From an uncultured archaeon (GTDB lineage Archaea > Asgardarchaeota > Thorarchaeia > Thorarchaeales > Thorarchaeaceae): a stretch of 64,000 nucleotides of DNA. The notes beneath the pieces were generated by a model. It saw only the letters and a list, made by a program, of their open reading frames with translations. It was not told the DNA's origin and did not search any database. Position numbers and translations under genes: made by a program. Shown in pieces: positions 49,397 through 59,409 of this stretch. Location of the stretch: NCBI GenBank assembly GCA_964473825.1, contig CAYYQL010000003.1:42627-106626 (forward strand). Reading direction: 5' to 3'. Within the stretch, counting starts at the first letter, position 1, and each line of letters begins with the position of its first letter.

Positions 49397-51412
49397 GTGA
49401 GATTTGATATATCAGACGCAATGACGGTCAGGCTCTCTAAGGAACTGCCTCCCTATCCCGATTTTGACCCGAAATACAGGCGGGCTCCTGACCGAGGGTA
49501 TGACCTCAACCGTGACGATACGGTAACAGCAGTAAAGAACGCCCTGCGATATGTTCCCACGGAGCTACATGCACAGCTCGCTCCAGAGTTCTTAGAGGAG
49601 CTTATGAAACGGGGCAGAATCTATGCGTACCGCTATCGCCCTCCAAGCGCAATTAGGGCACGACCGACAGATGCGTATAAGGGAATCCTCGAGGCGCGAG
49701 CCATTCAAGTCATGATAGACAACAACTTGGATTTTGATGTTGCATTGTATCCGTACGAGCTCGTGACGTACGGAGAGTCAGGACAGGTCATGCAGAATTG
49801 GCTGCAATACCGACTGGTCAAGAAGTACCTGGAGTCAATGGATGCAGAGCAGACTCTTGTTATGAGTTCAGGACACCCGCTTGGGCTATTTCCGTCGCGC
49901 CGAGAGGCTCCCAGGATGATTATCACAAATGGTCTAATGGTGGGTATGTTCGACACCCCTGAGGACTTCCACTGGGCGACACAGATGGGTGTGGTCAACT
50001 ATGGCCAAATGACGGCTGGGGGGCTCATGTATATCGGGCCACAAGGGATTGTGCACGGCACCTACATCACTCTTCTCAATGCGGGACGACAGTATCTGGA
50101 CATTCCTGAGGACGAGGATTTGGCGGGGCGGGTGTACTTGACCTCTGGGCTTGGGGGGATGAGTGGTGCACAGGCTAAGGCCATTGAGATTGCAGGAGGT
50201 ATTGGTGTCATTGCCGAGGTTGATAGGAGCCGTATAGAGACCCGCGGTAAACAGGGATGGCTCTCCAAATGGTCTGATGATTTAGAAGAGGTATTCGAAT
50301 GGGTAGAGACACACCGCAAGAGTAAGGAGGCTGTTTCGATTGGCTATTACGGAAACATAGTCGACCTGTGGAGGTACGTCGTTGATAACGAGGTTCCTAT
50401 TGAGCTTGCCTCGGACCAGACCTCCTGCCATGCTGTATACGAGGGCGGATATACCCCACAGGGGGTTGGGTTTGAAGAGGGCCGAGAACTATTGAAGAGA
50501 GACCGTAACAAGTTCAAGAAGCTCGTCGACGAATCACTTGAGAGACAATTCAAGCTCATCAAGACCATGGCCGAACGTGGGACGCACTTCTGGGACTACG
50601 GGAACAGCTTCATGAAGGCAGTATTCGATGCGGGGGTGAAAGAGATTGTCACGAACGGTTCGGACACGAAAGACGGCTTCATATTTCCCTCGTACGTCGA
50701 GGACATCATGGGCCCCATATGTTTTGACTATGGATATGGCCCATTTCGCTGGGTCTGTCTGAGTGGAAGACATGAGGATCTAGTGACCACCGACAAAGCA
50801 GCCATGTCCTGCATAGACCCAACGCGACGTGGCCAGGATCGAGACAACTATGTCTGGATTCGAGATGCTGACGAGAACAACCTTGTCGTGGGTTCACAGG
50901 CCCGAATCCTCTATGCAGATGCAGAGGGTCGGATAGAGATCGCCCTGAAGTTCAATCAGCTTGTCCGAGAGGGTAAGGTTCAGCCCATCATGCTTGGTCG
51001 CGACCATCATGATACAGGCGGAACAGACTCCCCGTATCGAGAAACGTCGAACATCTATGACGGAAGCAACATCACCAGTGACATGGCGCATCACTGTTGG
51101 GCAGGCAATGTCGCCCGGGGCATGACAATGTGCGTCCTATCTAACGGCGGCGGTGTAGGGACAGGCAAGGCCATCAACGGAGGGTTCGGTCTAGTCCTTG
51201 ATGGTAGTGAGAGAGTTGATTCCATCATCAAATCTGCCCTTGATTGGGATGTGAACTGCGGTGTCGCAAGGCGGGCATGGGCTCGAAATGACCATGCACT
51301 GGAAACTGCAATAAGATGGAACAAGAATCTCAAAGGCAGAGGGCAGATCACCGTGCCATTCATCCCAGAGGAAGGGCTTCTTGAAGAACTGGTGGACAAG
51401 AGATTAGACTAG
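49397..51412 (+). CDS. hutU: Urocanate hydratase (long form)
   Basis: NNLD, YGQMTAG, IGPQGIVHGT, GLGGMSGAQ, SDQTSCH, GPFRW, GRDHHD. Confidence 0.97.
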   Translation: MRFDISDAMTVRLSKELPPYPDFDPKYRRAPDRGYDLNRDDTVTAVKNALRYVPTELHAQLAPEFLEELMKRGRIYAYRYRPPSAIRARPTDAYKGILEARAIQVMIDNNLDFDVALYPYELVTYGESGQVMQNWLQYRLVKKYLESMDAEQTLVMSSGHPLGLFPSRREAPRMIITNGLMVGMFDTPEDFHWATQMGVVNYGQMTAGGLMYIGPQGIVHGTYITLLNAGRQYLDIPEDEDLAGRVYLTSGLGGMSGAQAKAIEIAGGIGVIAEVDRSRIETRGKQGWLSKWSDDLEEVFEWVETHRKSKEAVSIGYYGNIVDLWRYVVDNEVPIELASDQTSCHAVYEGGYTPQGVGFEEGRELLKRDRNKFKKLVDESLERQFKLIKTMAERGTHFWDYGNSFMKAVFDAGVKEIVTNGSDTKDGFIFPSYVEDIMGPICFDYGYGPFRWVCLSGRHEDLVTTDKAAMSCIDPTRRGQDRDNYVWIRDADENNLVVGSQARILYADAEGRIEIALKFNQLVREGKVQPIMLGRDHHDTGGTDSPYRETSNIYDGSNITSDMAHHCWAGNVARGMTMCVLSNGGGVGTGKAINGGFGLVLDGSERVDSIIKSALDWDVNCGVARRAWARNDHALETAIRWNKNLKGRGQITVPFIPEEGLLEELVDKRLD

Positions 51413-51417
51413 TCCCT

Positions 51418-52071
51418 TCAACATGTTCCTTCGCGGTTTGCCAAGAAGAGCCGTTTCTGTTTCTTGGAGCTTCTATCCGCAAGCCTTAGTGGTTCAGGGT
51501 AACCTTGCCGGGCGCATGCCCGTACGATCGAAACACAAGTCTGTAGAGCGACTCTATGGCCAACCGACACGTAGATTGGATTCTCTCTCTCCCCGAACCA
51601 CAGAGCCATTCCCACAACCTCCCCTCGGTGAACAATCTTTGCCTGATTATCATCTCTCTCTTCAATCTCGCCGAGAAGAAGACGCTTTGCAACTCCTATG
51701 GTCACAAGGTCTAACCTGACCCCAATATGGGATGCGAGACCAAATCTCCTCGGATGCAAGATTCCATTTCCGTCCACAAGAACTGGTCCCGTTGGGCGGT
51801 CTTTCAACAGCAACTGCTCTAGAACTGGCCCTTCCCTCAAGTAGAACTGCTCTGGCACATACTCTTCCACTTCAGTTACTACAATCCGGGTTTCGCGGAG
51901 TGGTTTGTTGTTTGCGATATCGAGAGTCACCGCAGCTCCAAAAGCAAGACTCTCTTGATAGGCAACATCAACGCCTGTCACATGATTCCTATTCAAGATG
52001 CTGTCATCTGTCCTGATGACGCTCTTACGGAGTCTATTCTGTTCTCCTTTGAGCCAACTTCTCATTGACAA
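51418..52071 (-). CDS. nfi: Endonuclease V
   Basis: GVDVAY, LRE, VDGNGILHPRRFGLASH, IGVAK, YVSVGH, PEPLRLAD. Confidence 0.93.
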   Translation of the reverse strand: MSMRSWLKGEQNRLRKSVIRTDDSILNRNHVTGVDVAYQESLAFGAAVTLDIANNKPLRETRIVVTEVEEYVPEQFYLREGPVLEQLLLKDRPTGPVLVDGNGILHPRRFGLASHIGVRLDLVTIGVAKRLLLGEIEERDDNQAKIVHRGEVVGMALWFGERENPIYVSVGHRVALQTCVSIVRACARQGYPEPLRLADRSSKKQKRLFLANREGTC

Positions 52072-52120
52072 ATCCCGCCTATTTCAACCCCCATAATTGA
52101 AGCGCGAAGATTTCCCTTGT

Positions 52121-52765
52121 CTACTTGAGATACTCCTCAATCACACCATGAGTTGCCTTCTTCCATTCCACTGACTTCTTGGCAAGTTCCATAGCTATGT
52201 CGCCAGGGAGTGATTCGTCTTTAGAGTATTCTTCCATCTTCGACAGCCATGCGCTTGTCGTCAGTGAAGTGGGCTGAACTTCCTCGCCCTCAGTGGCTTT
52301 GATTAGCATCTCTCTTCCGTGTGCGACCTGAATGTAGATTGAGCTGAGCGGTGCTTTGTTGAGGATCTCAAATACCAGTCGGTCCCAGCACATCTTTGCA
52401 GTCAACGCTCGTTTCAGTCTGCTTTGCTCGTCGTCGGGGAGTTCATTGTACTTCTGAACTGCGTCTTCGAAGCGTTCTGCGATTCCATCCACCATCGGTT
52501 TCAGTGCGGATTCATCCTCTCCCCATGCAGTGAATTCAACGGAGCGTTGAGCCTCTTCAACCCATATCCGTATCGTAACATCTCCATCATCCGACTTGAC
52601 CGAAAATATTGCCTTACCCTTGAAAATTTGACTCTCGGCCTCGCTATACTCATTCAGGATTACCCCTGGTTTGCCGGCGACAGTATACCAGGCCAACCTG
52701 AATATAACTGACGACTCAGGTCGGTCATAGCTTAGAGTCCGTGAGATCTTGGGGCGATCATCCAT
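52121..52765 (-). CDS. Hypothetical protein in the selB-spcS run
   Basis: Protein-like ORF (open from 52876; ATG 52765 avoids overlap); no motif recognised. Confidence 0.7.
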   Translation of the reverse strand: MDDRPKISRTLSYDRPESSVIFRLAWYTVAGKPGVILNEYSEAESQIFKGKAIFSVKSDDGDVTIRIWVEEAQRSVEFTAWGEDESALKPMVDGIAERFEDAVQKYNELPDDEQSRLKRALTAKMCWDRLVFEILNKAPLSSIYIQVAHGREMLIKATEGEEVQPTSLTTSAWLSKMEEYSKDESLPGDIAMELAKKSVEWKKATHGVIEEYLK

Positions 52766-52796
52766 CTCTTCCAAGCGAACACTCCCGATGATATCT

Positions 52797-54119
52797 CTAT
52801 GAAATTTTACCGAGTTCCTTATAGAGTTTGGCTGTCGCTCCCTCAACATCCTTTCTTCTTGCTCCAATTGCCGCATTCATCACGATGTAGCTATGAGGGT
52901 AGTTGTCTACAGATGACCCTCGTGCCCCTCTTTCTACTGCTCGGGGACCGGTCACTCTTCGCGTGTATAATCTCGCTCCCAGCTCATTGGCATCAATACC
53001 ATCAAGGGTCATGGCACAGGAAATGGGGTTCTCAACTCTCAGGACTCTTTGGCCCAACTCGTCTGCCATCTCTGATAGTCTGGACTCCAGAAGTCTGCGG
53101 TTTATCTTCTGTTCCTCCATCAGCTCACGATACCCATCGTGACCGAGAACTAGAAGAGCGGCCAATGTCTGCACAACTGGAGCCGCAGAGGCTCTTCCTG
53201 CATATGTTTCAGCAATACCCTCAATGCAAGCTTCATCGGGAGATACAACTACTGTTCCACCAACGGGTGTGAGAAAGTTCTTGTCATTGCTCTGAACAAC
53301 GGCATCTACTCTACCAGCATCAACTGCGGATCTGACAGCCTCCATGATGGACTCGGATTGGACACCATATGCATTGTTGATGACCATTGGTATATCTCTT
53401 TCTTGACAGACTCTTGCGATGGCCTTGATTGGATCTGACTCGCGGGGCGCGAAGAATGTGGTTGTTGCAAGTATTGCGCATTTGGTCTCTTGTGAAGCAG
53501 CTTTCTCCAAGCTATCTAGATCACACCTGACGGCATCTCCATCGATTTTCGTTTTGATGATGACCTCCTCGAGGCCGGCCATTGCTATGCCTCTTGTCGG
53601 AGACGTGTGGTCTATTCTAGGATAGAGGACGCGTCTGACACCGTATTTCATCCTCAGATACGAGAGTGTGAGGGAGATGGTCATGCCGGTAGACATCGGA
53701 AGGATCAGCCCGTCCCTAACATTTGGAAGCCCCAGCTTTCTTATGGCATCCAGCGCGATCTGATTGGCCAGCCTTTGCATGAGTGATGCCCCTGGGGCTT
53801 TTGGCTGCGGTGCGGTGATATGCCCGCTCCTTCCTATGCCATGGTTAAATCCTGCTGAGAGTTCTCCTATCAGGTTCGACGCTATTCTGCCCTCTCGCTC
53901 TCCCACTCGGGCTGCCTCAGGATCCTTATCCGAGTCCATTGATGAGAGAATCCTGAGCAACCACTCAACCTGAAGGTCCGTGAAACCTGTTGCAGGAAAC
54001 TGTCTTCGATTGAGAAGATCCTTGATGGGAGACATCAACGATTCGAAAGTAACGCCTGCTCTTCGGCGGATGCTATCCGGTAGAGTATCCATCAACCTAG
54101 TGATAATCTCGTCATTCAT
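52797..54119 (-). CDS. spcS: O-phosphoseryl-tRNA(Sec) selenium transferase (SepSecS)
   Basis: GEREGR, HGIGRSG, QPKA.G, RIDH, NNAYG, VQS.DKNF..PVGG, YAGRAS, AAIG. Confidence 0.95.
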   Translation of the reverse strand: MNDEIITRLMDTLPDSIRRRAGVTFESLMSPIKDLLNRRQFPATGFTDLQVEWLLRILSSMDSDKDPEAARVGEREGRIASNLIGELSAGFNHGIGRSGHITAPQPKAPGASLMQRLANQIALDAIRKLGLPNVRDGLILPMSTGMTISLTLSYLRMKYGVRRVLYPRIDHTSPTRGIAMAGLEEVIIKTKIDGDAVRCDLDSLEKAASQETKCAILATTTFFAPRESDPIKAIARVCQERDIPMVINNAYGVQSESIMEAVRSAVDAGRVDAVVQSNDKNFLTPVGGTVVVSPDEACIEGIAETYAGRASAAPVVQTLAALLVLGHDGYRELMEEQKINRRLLESRLSEMADELGQRVLRVENPISCAMTLDGIDANELGARLYTRRVTGPRAVERGARGSSVDNYPHSYIVMNAAIGARRKDVEGATAKLYKELGKIS

Positions 54120-55513
54120 AGTTCAATTGTCTCCTTTCGTAGAATATCGAGCCGAACCTCTTCTCCGATCTCGACAGCATCTTCGAATGTTGCCGAAACC
54201 AAACCTCTTGTTCCAAAGGCTTGGCCGATAGTCCCATTGATGCCTGAGTCAGTAGTCACATTTCGCCCTTTTAGCCTCTCGGCCCCCTTCTTACTCGTTG
54301 CGAGTCCGATGAGTAAAGTATCTCTCTCGCGAACTCTCTCGACTCTACCTACTCTGGTACGTTTCCTGAACACTACGCGGTCATCTGAGCCATCCTCTAT
54401 CTCTCCGGATCCGATGATTCTCATCTGATTAGCAGGAAAGTCTGTTCTCAGAAGTAGGACTTTCATACCTCTCTCCGCAACTACCTTCTCTCTGAGTTTG
54501 AGGATGGCCATGAATCGAGGATTTGTGACTTCGGGTTGTAAGACTCTTCTGTCTTCAACGCGTTCGAAGGGTATGATTTCGCCTGTTGTGCTGGGCATGC
54601 CGACTGCCACACTCACTGTCATTCTCTCAGTCACCCGGCCGAGATATAGGGGGTTGATTGTGATTCTTGCAGTGACCAGACTTGAAGGCCGAACGGAGTC
54701 TGGCTCCGCTAGGTAGTCCCCTCTCTCTATATCTTCATGGCCAACATCGGGAATATTGACTCCTATGCGATCCCCCGCTCTTGCTCGCTCTCGATCCTCT
54801 CCAAAGGTCTGTATTGTCCTGACTTTGGCATGCCATCCCTTGGGACAAACTTCTATGGTCGTGCCTTGTTCGAGTTCTCCTCTTACTATTGTGCCAGTGA
54901 CTACTGTGCCATGACCTCGAACCGGGAATGCATGGTCGATGGGCATGAGGAGCGGGCCCGATACGTTTCGTTCTTTGGGATGTACTATCCTCTTGAGGGC
55001 CTCTTTCAGTTCATCTATTCCCCTCGAAGACTTTGCGGAACACCGAACATACTCAACATCCCGAAATCTGGTTCCTGCCATCACTTCCCTCATGCGTTCT
55101 TCGGCCATATCGAGAGCAGACTCATCAACAAGGTCCGCTTTGGTTATTGCCACCACAATCGAGTCGATCTCCATTGCATCAAGAACAACCAGGTGCTCTC
55201 CGGTCTGTATCTTTGGCCCCTCGTCGGCAGCTACTGTCATGATTGCTGCATCAATGATGTTGGCTCCAGCCACAACACTTCTAATCAGATCTGCATGGCC
55301 AGGTGCATCTACCAGAGTCACAAGGTATGACTCTAGTCTGAACATAGTGAATCCCAAATCAATTGTGATTCCTCTCTCTTTGGATTGTGGATGCTTATCG
55401 AGACCTGCAGTTGATGTTTTCTCCGTGAGAGCCCTGGCAAGTTCTGTCTTTCCGTGGTCGATGTGTCCCATGAGGCCCACGTGTACAGGTACGAGTTCTT
55501 TCATCAGGAACAC
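54116..55513 (-). CDS. selB: Selenocysteine-specific elongation factor (archaeal/eukaryal type)
   Basis: GHIDHGKT, RGITIDLGF, DAPGHADLI, TKAD, DHAF...GHGTV, FGTRG; ATGA overlap with spcS. Confidence 0.95.
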   Translation of the reverse strand: MFLMKELVPVHVGLMGHIDHGKTELARALTEKTSTAGLDKHPQSKERGITIDLGFTMFRLESYLVTLVDAPGHADLIRSVVAGANIIDAAIMTVAADEGPKIQTGEHLVVLDAMEIDSIVVAITKADLVDESALDMAEERMREVMAGTRFRDVEYVRCSAKSSRGIDELKEALKRIVHPKERNVSGPLLMPIDHAFPVRGHGTVVTGTIVRGELEQGTTIEVCPKGWHAKVRTIQTFGEDRERARAGDRIGVNIPDVGHEDIERGDYLAEPDSVRPSSLVTARITINPLYLGRVTERMTVSVAVGMPSTTGEIIPFERVEDRRVLQPEVTNPRFMAILKLREKVVAERGMKVLLLRTDFPANQMRIIGSGEIEDGSDDRVVFRKRTRVGRVERVRERDTLLIGLATSKKGAERLKGRNVTTDSGINGTIGQAFGTRGLVSATFEDAVEIGEEVRLDILRKETIEL

Positions 55514-55624
55514 CTATTCTTCACAGAGATTTCTTGATTTTAACCTTGGCCACTCACTGTTGTTCTGAATCTGTCCCCAATGTATTACGAGGACTTTATT
55601 GGGGCATCCAATGAACACAGAATC

Positions 55625-56035
55625 ATGGTGTCTAGATCTCTTGAGAAGATGATTCTCATTGCCGTCGGTCTTACCACCGCCGTGATGATTGGTGTTCCCG
55701 TACTCCTCTTCGCCATCAATAATCTGAACAGTGCAACTGAGTATGAGCTGGCGCGGCTATTCTCAGAGAAGGTGCATGAAGGAGTCACAAGGGTGGATAA
55801 TGGCAGTTTGACACAGGTTCATTTTGATTTTACTGTTCCAGATGGAATTGAACTGATCTCAAACGGAAACACCCTTTCGATTTCTTATCGGAATGAGTAC
55901 GGGGTCTTGGGCATCTGGACTGAAGATTATTCACATGATATACTCGTTGAGTATCCACCTGAAACCGGCTACCAGTCTGTGACCATCAGGTTGGTTGATG
56001 ACACATTGGTCATATCGTTTGCACCCGCAACGTAG
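55625..56035 (+). CDS. Membrane-anchored hypothetical protein, possibly pilin-like
   Basis: MVSRSLEKMILIAVGL... N-terminal hydrophobic helix followed by beta-rich domain. Confidence 0.65.
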   Translation: MVSRSLEKMILIAVGLTTAVMIGVPVLLFAINNLNSATEYELARLFSEKVHEGVTRVDNGSLTQVHFDFTVPDGIELISNGNTLSISYRNEYGVLGIWTEDYSHDILVEYPPETGYQSVTIRLVDDTLVISFAPAT

Positions 56036-56135
56036 ATACTTCGCCATTTGCATCGTCATCATGTTTCAACACAACGTTTTTAATTATCTCTCAGGCTTTC
56101 GCCTTTCACAGTGCCTAAGGCGAGGACAGAGTGAC

Positions 56136-57191
56136 ATGGGCGAAAAAGCCGAAGAGTCCGAGACCATTGACGAAGAGAAACCCTCTGAAGCAACCGGAAT
56201 CAAGACCAAAGAAGAAGCCAAGGATAAGAAGCGCGAGCCTGTTCGCCGTAGACTAGCAGGGTCTTTGGGTCTGATTCTCAATGTACGCATGTTGCGAAGA
56301 GTGGTACAGATCATCTTCTTTCTGGGAATAAACGCTTACATCCTTACGGCATGGTTTGGTATGGAGCAAGTCACAGCATTCTGGACCGGTTTCAGGGATA
56401 TACTACCAACATTGCCAATCATCGCACCCCTTGAGGCTCCCTTTGCTGTTCTAGCCGGTTCCTTTGATACTATACAGCGCGTCTTCACATCCGGAGCGTT
56501 TCCCTTCTTTACACTTGGAGCAATGATAATCATCCTCACCGTTATTGGCCGTGCAGGATGTGCTTGGGTATGCCCTATCGGCACAATTCAAGACTTCATC
56601 ACACTTCCCAAGCGCACGAAGCTTAGACCCTCTCCTCAGACCGAAAAGGAGCTTCGTCGTATCAAGGCCTACGTCTTTATTATAGTCATGTTCTTCGCTG
56701 TATGGGTTGGAATCAGTGCATTGACGGGCACTGCGGATGTCCTCAGAACGGCACTGGGAATATTTGCAGACGCCGCTTTTGATCCTCTCAATCCTGCGTA
56801 TATCCTCTTTGTCTTTGCTCCCGAGCAGATATGGCCCGAGAGCTTGGAAACACTCTGGTATCTGTTGTCATGGGACTTTGTTGTATGGCTTCAGTTTGGA
56901 TTTGTTGTCGTCGTCTTCGTGATATCTTACTGGATTCCTAGATGGTTCTGCAGATGGCTATGTCCAGCTGGGTGGTTCTATGGTGTCTTCTCTCGGGACG
57001 CACTCATAGGCATTGGGCGAAACCCGGCTCGATGTACCCCGGACACATGCAACGTATGCGAGGAAGTATGTCCAATGAACATCCGAATACGCAAGTTTCC
57101 GTATCAACATATGTACAGTGCCGACTGCATTCTCTGCTTGGAATGTAAGAGTCACTGCCCCAACGGCGCTATCGAGCTCAGATTTTCCTAG
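56136..57191 (+). CDS. NapH/MauN-like membrane 4Fe-4S protein
   Basis: GRAGCAWVCPIG, RWFCRWLCPAG, CNVCEEVCPM, CILCLECKSHCP. Confidence 0.9.
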   Translation: MGEKAEESETIDEEKPSEATGIKTKEEAKDKKREPVRRRLAGSLGLILNVRMLRRVVQIIFFLGINAYILTAWFGMEQVTAFWTGFRDILPTLPIIAPLEAPFAVLAGSFDTIQRVFTSGAFPFFTLGAMIIILTVIGRAGCAWVCPIGTIQDFITLPKRTKLRPSPQTEKELRRIKAYVFIIVMFFAVWVGISALTGTADVLRTALGIFADAAFDPLNPAYILFVFAPEQIWPESLETLWYLLSWDFVVWLQFGFVVVVFVISYWIPRWFCRWLCPAGWFYGVFSRDALIGIGRNPARCTPDTCNVCEEVCPMNIRIRKFPYQHMYSADCILCLECKSHCPNGAIELRFS

Positions 57192-57202
57192 GAGTTTCTT
57201 GC

Positions 57203-57544
57203 TCAATCTCTCTCTGCTACCAGCTCGAATTCGTTTCGGTATTTGGCAAATCGTTCTAGCAGCTGATGACCAACCTCCGTGAGGTTCGCTCCACCACCAC
57301 CAACAGTTCCCCCTTTGTATGTCTCTAGGAGTCTGGTGTCGAGCTTCTTTTCGATTTTCCTGATGACCCCCCAAGCGTATCTGTATGACATTCCAAGCTT
57401 TCTTGCCCCCTCAGTAATTGTGCCTGTTTCCTTTATGGCTTGAAGAATGGCATAAGCCCCGGGGCCAAACACGTATTGCCCATCTTTCTCAAGCCAGAGC
57501 TTCCAGTTCGGAAGCAACTCACGAACGATGTCTTCTTCTTTCAA
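57203..57544 (-). CDS. ModE-type winged-helix regulator (DNA-binding domain only)
   Basis: FGPG..ILQAI.ETG.I...A..LGMSYRYAW, KGG..GGGA.LT. Confidence 0.9.
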   Translation of the reverse strand: MKEEDIVRELLPNWKLWLEKDGQYVFGPGAYAILQAIKETGTITEGARKLGMSYRYAWGVIRKIEKKLDTRLLETYKGGTVGGGGANLTEVGHQLLERFAKYRNEFELVAERD

Positions 57545-57598
57545 GAGATGGTTCTCCTAGACGGTACAGTGTAGTACCTGTCCGCCTTTCTAAGTAAC

Positions 57599-57826
57599 TC
57601 AAGGGCCCCAACGGAGTCGTTCAGCCTTGGTATCTTGCTTGTAAGTCTTCTTCACAGTCTTCCAGTGATCTCTGCAGAGGTAGGTTTTCCGTTCACGCGG
57701 ATCTTTGACTTTCAGACCCGCACCGTTTACACTCTTGCCGATTCGTGATGCTGAAAACGAGCGTTTGGCCGGCTTGTCACAACCTGCTATACTACAGACT
57801 TTCTTTGATCTGGCCAACTTGGTCAC
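57599..57826 (-). CDS. Small basic zinc-binding protein
   Basis: CSIAGC...YLCRDHW; Lys/Arg rich; GGTGA upstream. Confidence 0.75.
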   Translation of the reverse strand: MTKLARSKKVCSIAGCDKPAKRSFSASRIGKSVNGAGLKVKDPRERKTYLCRDHWKTVKKTYKQDTKAERLRWGP

Positions 57827-57868
57827 TTCACCATCAAGCCGAGGATGTACATTATAACTATGACGGCG

Positions 57869-58861
57869 TTAGACTTGGTTCCCTTTAGGTGTCAAAAGGG
57901 ACCCTTTGGAGAAATCAAACAGGACTTCCGTTTCAGAATCCAGTTTGAGCCGGACCAACTGGGTATCTTCAACATCACCTATGATCACTGCATCCATTTC
58001 GTGTTTCGCGACGATATCTCTCAGGGCTTTCGTGTTCTCAGGTGTGACTGCAACGAGAAATCCCAATGAAATATACATTCTCAGCCAATCTTCTAAGGCG
58101 ATTGCTGGGGGACACGATACCTCTATTGCATCCAAGTCAATCAGAGCCCCGACGCCAGAGTACTCCACCATCATGCCTGCAGTTCCTATGATCCCTGCGG
58201 TCGATATGTCCTTTGAGGCCGTAACGAGCTGCTTGGCCGCAATGCTTGTCATGACCGCCAGTCGCTTTACGGTTTCATCAGAATCACGTTCAGTGACACT
58301 ATCCCATCCAAGCCTGTAGTGTTCTCCTCTCTTGCCCTGTCTATCGTAGATCAAGACCAGTGTATCCCCTGGAGTCGCACCTCCTGCTGTCAAGAGGTTT
58401 GTCTTCGAAACAGTTCCTGTTGCTGATCCAACCACATATGTTGAGCTTGATGCAGGGTTAGTGTGTCCTCTCACAATTGGAACCTTGAATCTATGAGAGC
58501 CTTCAATGAGCCCCTCCAGCAATCTCTCTCCTATCTTCTTGTTGGAGTAGGAGAGCGCGACCGCAAATGATGTGGGGACTCCTCCTGCTGCATAGATATC
58601 CATCACACTTGCAAGAACAGCATTGAACCCGGCTGCCTTGGGATGGTTGAGGCAGAGATCTTCCACTATGGCATCGGTGGTCAGAAGAACAAAGTCGTCG
58701 CATGCAGTGCAAATGGCGGCTGAGTCTTCTCCCAGCGAATGAGGATACTCACCATCATATGACTCAGTTCGTAGTCGATGGATGATTCCTGGGAGTACAT
58801 ATTTGCGAGATATACCTTCAAACCCCTTCAGGAGTTTGACTATCTCATGTAGCCGACTCAA
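57869..58861 (-). CDS. AIR synthase (PurM-like) related protein, methanogenesis marker 2-like
   Basis: G..RK, GEDSAA, D.YA.GG.P, RGHT, KDIS.AG..GT. Confidence 0.85.
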   Translation of the reverse strand: MSRLHEIVKLLKGFEGISRKYVLPGIIHRLRTESYDGEYPHSLGEDSAAICTACDDFVLLTTDAIVEDLCLNHPKAAGFNAVLASVMDIYAAGGVPTSFAVALSYSNKKIGERLLEGLIEGSHRFKVPIVRGHTNPASSSTYVVGSATGTVSKTNLLTAGGATPGDTLVLIYDRQGKRGEHYRLGWDSVTERDSDETVKRLAVMTSIAAKQLVTASKDISTAGIIGTAGMMVEYSGVGALIDLDAIEVSCPPAIALEDWLRMYISLGFLVAVTPENTKALRDIVAKHEMDAVIIGDVEDTQLVRLKLDSETEVLFDFSKGSLLTPKGNQV

Positions 58862-58888
58862 CCGAGATCACTCATTTCAGCGTATTCA

Positions 58889-59011
58889 CTACGGACTGAG
58901 AAACTCAATGGCAAAAGATGCTTGGTTCAGGAGAATCCCGATTCCAAGAAGCGACATACCAATCATGAAAAAGATGAGCGCTCTAATCTCTGGACGGACC
59001 TCTTCGAACAC
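58889..59011 (-). CDS. 40-aa single-TM microprotein (MFEEVRPEIRALIFFMIGMSLLGIGILLNQASFAIEFLSP)
   Basis: GTG start 6 nt after GGTGA; fills the gap between co-directional genes. Confidence 0.65.
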   Translation of the reverse strand: MFEEVRPEIRALIFFMIGMSLLGIGILLNQASFAIEFLSP

Positions 59012-59080
59012 AATGAATCACCGTACGAGTCGCTCAGCCACCGCTGCTGCTTATAGGCATTACGGGATGACGACGCTATG

Positions 59081-59377
59081 CTAAAGTTTCTTTCGTATCT
59101 TCTTTACGTACTCCTTTGGAATCTCAGACGGATCCTGCCAGTCATCATCTTCATCAAGAAGAACTGGTTTCTCTGCCCTTCTGCACTTGCCTGTGTCAGT
59201 CATTTTGCGTTCTTTACACAGGCTGTACTGGCACCAGGGCCCGTCGCATTCATCATCAACCCATGTGCACCAATAGACCTTCTTTCCATGACGCTTAATC
59301 GTCTTCAATGCACTTGGTTTTCTCTCACACCGGAATCTCTCGCAGGCCGGTGTACAATCGGGAAGGTTCTCACTCAT
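59081..59377 (-). CDS. Cys-rich small hypothetical protein
   Basis: Eight Cys: CxxxCxxFxC...CxWxxDxC...CxYxxC...C. Confidence 0.75.
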   Translation of the reverse strand: MSENLPDCTPACERFRCERKPSALKTIKRHGKKVYWCTWVDDECDGPWCQYSLCKERKMTDTGKCRRAEKPVLLDEDDDWQDPSEIPKEYVKKIRKKL

Positions 59378-59409
59378 GCTGACAGTCTCCTCAGACTTGA
59401 GTCTTCTAG

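Noticed and set aside
49158-49421. 87-aa and 61-aa ORFs upstream of hutU
   Set aside because: Low-information sequences without SD or motifs; likely non-coding
57869-58861. Selenophosphate synthetase SelD
   Set aside because: No N-terminal Cys/Sec-x-x-Lys loop; the upstream frame has several stops including TAG, so no Sec extension
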